DNA of 62,897 nucleotides, counting the filler, from Octopus bimaculoides (Eukaryota): assembly GCF_001194135.2 (NCBI RefSeq). It is 6 parts of 6 records of this genome, joined end to end, with 100 filler letters (N's around TTAATTAATTAA, not from the genome) between each part and the next. Parts side by side here need not be neighbours in the genome. Positions count along the whole stretch, not along the records: positions 48,090 to 61,526 come from NC_068983.1; positions 61,627 to 62,897 come from NW_026389486.1; 4 more parts are not named here. One strand, written 5' to 3'. The translations under genes were made by a program, and so were the position numbers. Position 1 is the first letter of the stretch, and every line of letters begins with the position of its first letter. The notes under the pieces are model-generated. The model was not told where the DNA came from and made no database searches. It saw nothing but the letters and a program-made list of their open reading frames with translations. This document shows positions 52,120-62,897 of this stretch, in pieces.

Positions 52120-52897
52120 CTTAAACTACGGATAAAAATAAAATTCGGATTTAAATAGTTAAAGTAAAGTCATCACCATAACATTATAACATAGCTAGAG
52201 ACGTAATACTAATGATATTATATCACGTTTATATTCATCATTAGTTTAACAGCTAGGATGGAATCAACGGGTTTGGTGTTAGAGACTTAAGAAGGGGATC
52301 ATTGAAAGAAAAATATATTAAATTCACCTCAGTGTTTCAAATTTTATGTGAAAGCATTTGTTTTTAAGAATTACGAAAATTTGAATATATCTATGGAAAG
52401 ATGTTATTCCGGTAGAAAAATTCAAACCATTGGCTAACAGAAGGTAATTTAAATCAATGCACGTTAGTTTATGGTTATCCACTTTAACACTGGAAGTCAT
52501 ATTAATGGTATAAACATTTTATAACGATTAATTCTAGATTAATGTTGCTAACGCTCTTACTCGTCGAGAATTGAAAATCTTCTCTAATTTATAAAAGCAG
52601 TATGTAGGTGCTTTATCGAAATTCCAAATATATATTGAAAATCAAGGAGAAATTATAAAGTCGCATACGCACAAAATATTTAAAACTATATCAACTTTTG
52701 CTCTAGTGTGGTCTGCTAGCTGTGTGTGTAATGAGACTGTTACTTCTATTTGACGGAAAATGTTTTTGAGATGAAGAGATGACTCGCATAATTTTGTCCA
52801 CCCCAGTGTCTCTTACGATATACGGATATCGTCTTAGAAATACACAACCCTGGTCTGGTAATAAGATAACTTTTCTACTCTCTGCTATTAACGACAC

Positions 52898-53034
<137 letters not shown>

Positions 53035-53624
53035 AACACATGTATGTATATGCATGTATATGTGTGTACCCGTCAATGTGTGCGTGTGTATGTATGCGTT
53101 TTGTATTATATAAACAGAAAGACTTAGCAAGGTATTGAATATCTGATGGCATTGTAACATTGTTCATATGATTCATCGATAAACCTCTCGCAACAGCTGT
53201 CCTTAACTGTCTTGAAACTCTTCATTAACATTAACCCAACTATCCTCATCTTAACTCTTATTCCTTTAGATACTATTTCCGTTCACTAATCTGCATTTTT
53301 CTTTGCTGCAGTGTATCTTCTCTGTCGCCACTTTCAATTTCAATATCAACTTTCCAAATATCCGTGATTTTCTTAATTTCATCTTTCTGAAACATTGTAA
53401 ACATGTAATTTATTCTTGTACACGAAACCAACTGTAATTTATTCTTAAACAGAGACTCTTGTCTTAATGCACCGTACTTATCAAAAGAAGCTTCTGCTCT
53501 GTTGTATCTTCATCAGAGTTCATTAGCTGCTAGCTTTCAAGCCAGCGACATGGTAAAACAACATTCTAACTTAGAAAATTACTATTTGTAAATCTCACAA
53601 CGAGAGTTATTCAGCAACAGTACT

Positions 53625-53889
53625 TTGGAGTAAAGTTTATTTGCCAACATAACATAGCAGTCCTGGTTTAGGACGAGTGTTGCTGTAATTTAGCCCCAGG
53701 AGACATCGTCTCCAGTTGGCTATACGACACAATCTCTGTCCTTATATTTTCACTCTTTGTTCGAAAATATAAGGGCACAGATCGTGTCGTATACCCAGCT
53801 GGAGACAATGCCTCCTGGGGCTAAATTACAGCAACATTCGTCCTAAACCAGGACTGCTATGTTATGTTGGCAAACAATATTTACTCCAA
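53625..53889. repeat. Near-complete palindrome (127-bp arms, ~11 mismatches, 11-nt loop)
   Basis: 53625-53751 is the reverse complement of 53763-53889. Confidence 0.93.
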
Positions 53890-56149
53890 CATTCTAACCA
53901 CTCGAAAGAAGATTTATACTCTCGTGCAGATCACATATATATGCCCTTTTTTTCAGTTATTTTCTCAAATCTTTCACTTTCTATACATTTGAGGTATTTC
54001 AACGTTTTCTGACGTCATCTAATCTTCCCCTATGACGTACACATTAATGAGTTCGTCACCATTCTTTCTAACCAGCAACACTCTTAAAAAAGATGATACT
54101 ACGCTTCAATCATTTCGAATCATATCGTTAGCTTATCGGAATATTTGATTCTATAAATCCTTTGACAGATTTAAACTAAGACCTAGAAATTAAACTGCCA
54201 TCGTCTTCAAAGGAAAAGCTGGGCACTAAAATCTTACTCCATAAGAAAAGAAATTTAAACACGTTCGTTTAGTTTTATATTGATTTCACAAGGTCTGATA
54301 TTCTCAACATGAAAATATTTGCCATGTGATGATCTGTTGATCTCGACAAAATTGGAATGAGATCAACATATAAAGCTGCTTTCATATTGGCCTCAAATTT
54401 TGACAAAAGGCTAGGAACTTCGGGGAAGGGGTTAAGCCGATTAAATCGACTCCAGTGCTCAACTGGTACTTATTTATCGACCCGAAAGGGTTGACAGGTA
54501 AACTCAACCTCGGCGGAATTTGAACTCAGAACGTGAAATGGGATGAAATGATATTAAGCATTTTGTTCGGCCTATATACTGCATTCCTATTAGAATAAAT
54601 GCCACCATTATACAAATAAACACGCCAGACCACATCTAAAAGACGCCCATTCTACTAACAATTGATTCCTAAATATGCTACACAAACATTTCTATGTATG
54701 CATAACTTTCTTTCTTAAACCAGTTCTGAAAGAAGTTTCTTAATCTTTGAATTAAAAAACAGTTATGCACCAGAAATTCTGAGCCACTTACTGAATTTCA
54801 CTTTAGTGCTGTCCCCATCTTTAGTACCCCCGCCTCAAATACCGTACCTTAGAAATGTGTAGTCTCTCTGGATCAAAACTAAGTTTGAGAGGACACTTGA
54901 GCTACCATCGGTTTTCTTGTAGGAAATCAATCAAGAGTAAATAAATATTATTATTAAAGATATCGATCTTGACAAGCTCGAAGGGTATTCAAGGTGCTGT
55001 CCATCTCCTCCGATTATATAAAGAATACATACATTTATATACGTAAATATTCTGCGTATTGCATATTACGTGTTTTATTTTTGTGTGTGTGTATAGTTAT
55101 TTTTACAAAACAGACAAACGGACAAATGATACATGCATATAACACACACATAGACATACAAACACACAAACATATGTATGTGTATATATATATATATATA
55201 TATNNNNNNNNNNAGAGAGAGAGAGAGAAAGAGACAGATGTACGTATGTATAATGTTGTATGTATAAGAAAAAACAAACGTTGATAAATCATTTATTCAC
55301 ATTTTTTTGGTTCCACCAATAATTGTCAAAAATGTGAGTTATGTCTATAAAGATTTTGTCTGAATTCTTTAAAAAGAAACAAAATAAAAACACTCCTGGT
55401 TACTGGTTTAATGTAATTAACAGTTGCTAGCAGCAAAGCAACAAAATTATTTTATATATATATATACTTCTTTTATTAGTCAGTACCAGTTTGTCGATTT
55501 GTTTCTGTCTGTCACAATTATTCTGTCTGGAATCATTCAACTCTGAACTAAGATTAAAAATATATATATATGTATTACTTCTTGTTTAATTTCTTAAATC
55601 TCTGAAGTTAATATGCGAAAATGTTTTGTTGACTACTTGGTATGTACCTAATCTTCATTAATTCATTATTTGTGCCTTGTTTGTCGAGGACTTGATCCCT
55701 TTCATACTTAGAAAACTACATAAGTCACAATTTCATTTGGTTCATAAAAATTCCTTATTGATATAAAATGTTCTACAAATTTAAAATAATTACAGAACCT
55801 GTTACCATTTGTAAACATATTCAAAACTTCTTTAGACAACCCTTTAAAAATCCACCTTTCTTACAATATTGAAACATAGTTTAAAGATATTTTATTCTTT
55901 CGTTAGCTCCGACTTATTCTTCCTTTTACAAATTTCAAATCTTCTCTTAATCCATTTGTTACCATATTTCTGTTAAAAGACACTATTTTTATATTTTGAA
56001 AATAGTGAAAATATTACTAAAGTTAGTCATTATTGACACGTTAGTTACCAAATTTATTGATATATGCTGCATATGTTTCGATTAATTTTGAAAATAATGA
56101 AGAGTTTAGTGATTTCACTTTGTTATTATTAAGCTGGGTAGCTGGATAA

Positions 56150-56372
56150 GTTGATCAAAAGGGACATCGACGTTAGAATTACCATTAGGCTGCAACGAAC
56201 AAAATCAAGACAAAATAGAAGACAAATCTACCCATAAAATTCGAAATATCTTTCTTTAAAGCTTATTTTATGGATCAGGTACACTGACCCTGACACAAGC
56301 ACTTAAGAAGAAACTACATGGTGCATACACCAAAATGCTTAGAGTTGTGCAAAACATGAACTGGCCTCAACA
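56150..56372 (+). mobile_element. RTE LINE fragment, 5' part (interrupted at 56372)
   Basis: YGSGTLTLTQALKKKLHGAYTKMLRVVQNMNWPQH. Confidence 0.82.
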
Positions 56373-57783
56373 TCGTACTATAATGGACGTTATGTCCTGT
56401 CTGTCCGTTTGTCCTGTTTCCTCTTCACGGTCAAACGGCTGGAACAATGATCACGATGTTTTTCGAGATTACGGAGGTAATCAGAAATGTTTTTAGCGAA
56501 AAAATGTGAAAAGTATGATTATTTATTGGATATAGAGTTGCGTTTTAACAAATCAGTTTTGACTTTTTAAAAAAATTCCGGCGACGAGGATTAACTCTGG
56601 ATTCCCCTCCCCCGCGCTGTATAGTTCGTGAATTTAGAGGATTTAGATACTATCCTTTTATTACCCATCGTAGACGGGCAGATTTGCTATCTTACTATAA
56701 TGGACGTTATGTTCGTCTGTCAGTCTCATTGTCTGTTCCCTCTTCACAGCTGGATAGTTAGACCAATGGTTACGATATTTTTCGAGATTACAAAAACGGT
56801 CGTCAGGAAGGTTTTTAGTATTAAAAAATCAATAAGTATGATTCTTTCGTGGATTGATACACCACCTTCGCATTTTCATTGAAAATTCCCCGACCACTAA
56901 TAATTCTGGATTTTCGTGGCCTCATCGTAGATTCGAAGGGGGTCGCGAGGACGGTTAATAGCGAAAATAAAACGGAGAAGTATGTGTCAGTATATAGTGT
57001 GTGTGATTATGTAGAGGTTATTGAAAGGTGTCAGCCCCGAGCAGGATTCGAAACGACTAATCGAAGCGGCTGTTTTGTCAATCAAAGTAACCCATGACAC
57101 CAGAACAGCCAGACATTATTCGCATAGAACAGTGAGAGGTAAGTCTTAGTTTGATTTTTTGCAACCCTAAAGATTCCGCTTGCGCATTCACAGCAAACAA
57201 GGCACAGGGTCAGATCGTGTAGGTGTATTGTTACCCACTCCAGTTACCGCCAGTTATACGTCGCTATGAGTAGAGCAACGGACTTCAGTAATTTGAAAAT
57301 TAGTGTCGACCGAACAGAAAATATCGTGTGCAAAGAAGTTTTGTAATCATATTGATATTATCGAAAGGAATATGATTCGTAACTTAAATAAGAAAATTTG
57401 TGAACTTTGAACGTATAAGAGTAAAAACAAGCGTAAAATAGTGTAAACAAGTAAAATAAAAGTATATCAAAGTAACGTTTTTTCGTAATACATTTTATGT
57501 AGTGGTCGAAAGAAGGTCTGGCTTTTGCTAGGAGTGGTCCACATAACCATTCATGAAACAGAGGCTGGGAGTCTATTTCAGTTCCGGAGTGTATCGTCAT
57601 CACATGCCACAAGCACATGTCATATAACTGCAATAGAATGCTGTATCACCAACAATAATGTGATTTCTCTTAGACGTCACCCAGTAATCTATCAAGTCCA
57701 TTTATACATTCCTCGATACATACGGCTGTTATGACTTCCTTCCTTCATTTTATGCCTCCATTGTAAATAGGTAAATTTGGTAG
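56373..57783 (+). mobile_element. Composite Helitron-like insertion: two tandem units plus ~820 bp of extra sequence
   Basis: 5' TC, 3' GTAG, inserted between A and T with no TSD; removal restores the RTE frame; related units start at 56373 and 56690. Confidence 0.65.
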
Positions 57784-58070
57784 TACTACAAATGGAAGTT
57801 TATACAGAAACTTGCTCAAGCTAACTACAATTATTCAAAGACGGTTACGATTTGCAGGAAGTTATACACAAGCAGGAGAAGTAAGTAGGAAGTTATACAC
57901 AAGCTTCTATGGTGGCAACCAAATCACGGGAGACGCAATAGAAGAAGATCTGCTCAAACGTTCATCGATTAACTCTCAGATGAGACAAAGCTCAGTAAGG
58001 AGCAGTTGCCCGGAAAACCGTGAACTGTGGAGAGATTTTTTCTGGAATGTTCGACCGTGGTCACAATGGT
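57784..58070 (+). mobile_element. RTE LINE fragment, 3' part (resumes in frame)
   Basis: TTNGSLYRNLLKLTTIIQRRLRFAG...TFID*LSDET.LSKE...NRELWR. Confidence 0.82.
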
Positions 58071-59349
58071 TATTACACTGGTGTACGGAACGTAAACTAA
58101 CACAAAAGTTTGATGGAGTGTTCGCATCAAGAATAGACTCGAATAAACCTAGTCATTCATTCGATCTTTCTAACTTCATTTGCACAGAGCTTATCGGGAG
58201 TCTTTACTTAATTTTGATTTAGTTTAATTTATTTTGATCAGTCTACAAAACAACCCAAATGCCATGCTCTCTTTGCAAGATTATCCGATATGTTTCTACT
58301 TAATTTGGGTGAAATTCGGTAAATCATAAGTTTTTCAGTGTTCGTTGATTTATATATTTTTCTGCGTTCATGCTTTTTTATCTTTGTTTAGTTTGATTAC
58401 AAAAGGTAATTCTGTGAGTACTCTTATTGGTACACAAAGACCGCGATCATATTTTATCGAATATTTCAGCTTTTAGTTTTCCGAATTTCGTTTGGTGTAT
58501 ACAGCAAACTACCACAGATATTTACTACTTGAAAAATTGTATAAAATATTTCACAACATTGTGATGTCACATTTACCAGGAAATTTTTACCATCCTGAAA
58601 TTTTCTAGCGATGACATCCCCCACAACCCAACCCTCCACAAAACTGAATATCTTCTGTTACTGTTTTTTAAAAACCTAACACAAGATATTTAGATTGAAA
58701 TTATCTCTGTGAAGTGTTCAGTACGTTCTTGTCTATATTAAATAAATATTGATAACATCTAATGAGACTTAATTTGCGCCGTTTTCCTGTTTCTTGTGGT
58801 AAATTAGATATAAAACGCTGAGTAATCTATGTTTAACAAAGTATTTCAGGTGCAATTTTAAATTGATTTTTTTGGTTATTTTCTAAACTATTTTGTTTGT
58901 GTGGCATATATCGAGATTCGTTTTATATTTTTATGTTTTAAGCAAACCATTAACGTTACTTTAGGTGTGTAGCTTGTTCATTAAGTTAGCTAAAAATTTG
59001 TTAAATCTTCCGTGAGTTGCATGGAAAGTTAACTGATATGAAATACTAACTTACGATATTCATTTTCCTTGTAACTTTATAAATTTAGAGTTCGATATAT
59101 TTTCTATCTTCTGGAATATACAAATTAGGATTGTGTTCACGTGGAGTGTACTCCATGGATTTGAGTACAATACTGTGAATTCTATCGAATTCAGAGCGTA
59201 TTAATACAATGTAAACAGTCGTCGAATGTATGTTAACACAAGTATATATATGTTGGATACTTAGACACGAATAACTGGACATTGATCCATGTAAGAAATA
59301 TAAATTTGAGTGCAATCTAATATAAACACGCACACACACGCGCACAAGA

Positions 59350-59382
<33 letters not shown>

Positions 59383-61036
59383 ATAAATGTTAAAATGAAT
59401 TTCTGTGTGTCAGTGTGTCACACTTTGACTCCCTGTCTCAGTATTCAATGATACTTCTGCTACTCCTCTTGCTGGGGTGAGTGTAATAGTAGACATAGAG
59501 ACGGTGAGGGCGGAAGTAGATTGAAAGGTTGTGATGGTAAAGGGATGGTAGAAATAGTGTGAGCTGTAGTTGTGATAGAGGCGAAGTACTGGGCTCTCCT
59601 ATCTCGCCCCAAATTTCAAGCTTTGTGCTTTTATTAGAAAAGAATATTCCCTTTGATTAAGGTGGAATCTTAATACTCACCGGACAAAATACTTGGCGGC
59701 GTTTCGTCTTTTTGTACGTTCTGAATGCAAATTCTACGGAGGTCCACTTTGTGCTTCATCTTCTTGGGTTGATAAAATAAGTACCAGTTAAACACTAGGG
59801 CCGATGTATTCGACTTACCCCGTCCTCCGACCAACTTGCTGGCCTTGTGTCAAAATTTGAAACCAATATTAAACTCATAGTAAAATAAAAAGAATAAATG
59901 AAATTATAGAACTATTTATTTGTGAGGCAGTTATCCGTGGAAGCAAGGTGCACGGGGGTGGGGGGGATTCACGAAATGGATGAAGAATCGAATGAGGATG
60001 GAGAAAAGAAGGGAAGTTGAAATGCCGAAGTTGAAATTTGAGGTATTTGCGCAGGCGTTCGAAGTCAAGATTTAAACCAAGATAAACAGTTATGCAATTA
60101 TCCAATAAATGAAGAAACATTTGAAACATTTTCAGCATTTTCTCCTGAAAATAAGAAGTAGTTCTATATACATTTCGCATTATCTAAACACGATGTCACA
60201 TCTTTCAAAATTAAAAATCTGTTTGAATTAGCGTTGCAAAACAATGTCAATAACGAAAAGATAGATCTGTCAAATCAATCAACTCCGACGTTTTTCATTA
60301 AAATTTGTTTTGGTTCTCGTTAAAAAAAAAAAAAGCAAACCCTTAATCTATATGGGTTTATTTGGTAATTCCAGCATGTAATCTTATGGTATGCATCTGG
60401 TTTCTTCAACCATTCTTCTAATGAGAGTTTGCTAATTGAAATTATATCCTCACAAACTTTCCAGTGGAATGCCTCCCGTAGAAAGATAAGGAACCGTAAT
60501 TTTAAATCTAGTTCATTTAGTTTCCCCCAATTTATAAAACTTCAAAGAAATTTTGCTAATTGGCAGAATTTGCGTTTAGACGCTTCAAAAGAAATCTAAT
60601 TGATAATCTGAGATTAAACAAGTATGTGCAGGTATTTCTCGGAAAAATTGATTTTGATGATAAGATTTACCCACCTACGTGTGTAGAAGTATTACAGATT
60701 GTGTAACCAGAGAAGAGAAAAAAAGAACGATGACAATTTATGTAGAACACTCGTTATATTGGTGTTCCAGTAATGAATGTCATGTCATTGACCTGGAACC
60801 GTTGTACAGATGAGTTATTTCGTTTGCAATCATTGATTTGTAATACCTTGGAAAAATATTATTCTCAAGTTTCGAACGAACAACTAAACTAATTCTGTTG
60901 AGTCATGAGAAATGTGAAACTAATCACTTTAATGCTGATTTCAATCTCTCTGAAGGGTTCTGTAGTTTAACTACATGTTCTAATTTCTCGGTAGGCCTAA
61001 TTAGTCTAATTTACATTTGGTTATGAGTCTGCCCAA

Positions 61037-61090
61037 ATAATAATGACGACGACGACGATGATAATGATAATGATGATGATGATGATGACG

Positions 61091-61168
<78 letters not shown>

Positions 61169-61334
61169 GATAGAGAGATGAGTTCTTTACTTTTGTATAC
61201 GATTGACACAATCTATCACTTAGTGATGGATTGTGTCAATCGTATACAAAAGTAAAGAACTCTTCTATCTATCCATTATATTTCTGCTGAGTTACTTCAG
61301 TCCTTTATATGAACTAATAATAATAATGATGATG

Positions 61335-61395
<61 letters not shown>
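61037..61395. repeat. (AAT)/(GAT)n trinucleotide tracts flanking the 61163 palindrome
   Basis: Read directly. Confidence 0.9.
61163..61279. repeat. Near-perfect palindrome (57-bp arms, 3 mismatches, 3-nt loop)
   Basis: Centre at 61221; abuts the (AAT)n tract. Confidence 0.93.
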
Positions 61396-61398
<3 letters not shown>

Positions 61399-61879
61399 AA
61401 TTAAACCTTGGGAGAGGCATTATGCCGGTAATAAACACACGCACTGGTTCAGTCCTTTATTAATTTATATAGTTTTTTGTTAAATTATTTCATTGCACTC
61501 TTGCAATCTCTTCAGTAACTTGTCTCNNNNNNNNNNNNNNNNNNNNNNNNNNNNNNNNNNNNNNNNNNNNTTAATTAATTAANNNNNNNNNNNNNNNNNN
61601 NNNNNNNNNNNNNNNNNNNNNNNNNNATTGAATGTCTTATTGAATAAATGAAATATTGAATATCAAATATTCTCCAGTCCATTCAGCTGACAAAAATGAG
61701 TAGTACCTATATTTCAAAGGGCCAGCCTTCTTGCTTTCTCCCCGAGAGCTACGTTAAGGGTATGCGTGTCTGTGGAGTGTCAGCCACTTACGCGCTAATT
61801 TCACGAACAGGCTGTTCCGTTGATCGGATCAACTGAACCCTCGTCGTCGTAACCGACGGAGTGCCAATTACAAACTAAA

Positions 61880-62660
61880 GTTAAGCTTCTAAGTGTCAGT
61901 AAATGACTGTTTGTAAATGATTGTGGGTTACTTGTGATAGATAACTCCAGTATTCAAGCATGTGTTGGTCAGATCTCAAAGGCCTATAACAACCTTGACC
62001 TTAATACAAAACCAGAAGTATTGCATCAATCCCTCCTATATAGTTTGTACTTCCTCAAATAACAATAAGTCTTACTGAACCGAATTTTAAATATCATAGC
62101 AGTATCCCGTCCTCATATGCCTACATTAATGCTGAAGGGTCATCATAAATTGATAAGGTGAGTGCAACCTTTGGAAGATAGCAGCATAATGAGTGGACAG
62201 CCAAGGTATTTGCAATGACACCAAAATCAAAGTTTAAAATACCATTATCCTTCCAACTCTCGTCGATGGTAAAGGCAGTGTACCAATCTTACGTCAAAAA
62301 GTTTAATCATTTCCACACGTCTTCTCAAAAAAAAAAAGATTTTAAACATAAAATAACAGGATAAAATTCCTGATACAGGTGTTCTCCGGTTTGCTAATGC
62401 TACCGATTTCTGTATTAATCTCAAATAAATCCAGTTTATTTGGACTGGATATGTTAGAACTGCTGAATACAGACTGTCGAAGGTAATCTATTATGAGCTT
62501 ACAAACGGAGGATCCAATGTTGATGCACCGTCTAAATGATTCAAAAATGAGCTGAAAGCAACCAGGAAGCCTACAAGATGAACTCCAACTTCTGGGAAGA
62601 TCTTACTCTGGAAAGCCTGCATGGAAGAAAGCAAGTAGTAGGGGCTTCAATGTGTTTATT
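61880..62660 (+). mobile_element. RTE/BovB-like LINE ORF relic (RT end to C-terminus), many stops and frameshifts
   Basis: LFVNDC (degenerate LFADDC), SATFGR, TKIKV*NTIILPTL, ILNIK*QDKIPDTGVL, RLSKVIYYEL, FKNELKA, WEDL. Confidence 0.8.
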
Positions 62661-62852
62661 TTCACGTGTCTCTGTAGGAGAGACCAAAAGGGAAACTCGT
62701 AAATCAAGCCCTTAAAACCTTGTTATATGCAAGTATCAGTGTGTGGTCTATGACAAATATCTCTTTACCAGAAAGGGTCATCTTGGTCACAGCAGAGCAC
62801 ATAAATAAACAATATTCTGTGGTTCCCTCTTTTCGCCTCCTCTTATTTGGGC

Positions 62853-62897
<45 letters not shown>

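Noticed and set aside
57032-57110. tRNA gene on - strand
   Set aside because: A/B-box-like motifs are present but acceptor and anticodon stems do not pair; at best a SINE head or pseudogene.

Overview
AT-rich, microsatellite- and SINE-saturated animal DNA with about 16 N-gaps. The repeat families and microsatellite load suggest an octopus/coleoid cephalopod (inference, not tested). Two protein genes are supported. (1) PPP1R7/sds22 on + strand: 8 coding exons from 425/430 to 13745, all GT-AG, splicing to a clean ~336-aa LRR protein, with at least one upstream exon outside the window. (2) First coding exon (27691-27447, - strand) of a TLC-domain (TLCD1/2-like) gene whose remaining exons I cannot find in the visible sequence. 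The rest is mobile DNA: four tRNA/RTE-type SINE families, RTE LINE fragments, Penelope-like relics, mariner, hAT and piggyBac relics and MITEs, and Helitron-like elements. No rRNA, intact tRNA, CRISPR array or intact transposase was found. I found no convincing new multi-gene system. The best leads are: possible antisense nesting of PPP1R7 inside the TLC gene; a recursive-splice-type site at the PPP1R7 ATG exon; an 8-aa LRRcap insertion; several long fold-back palindromes (dsRNA/ADAR candidates); Penelope hammerhead-like relics; and a Helitron-type composite insertion that splits an RTE reading frame exactly.
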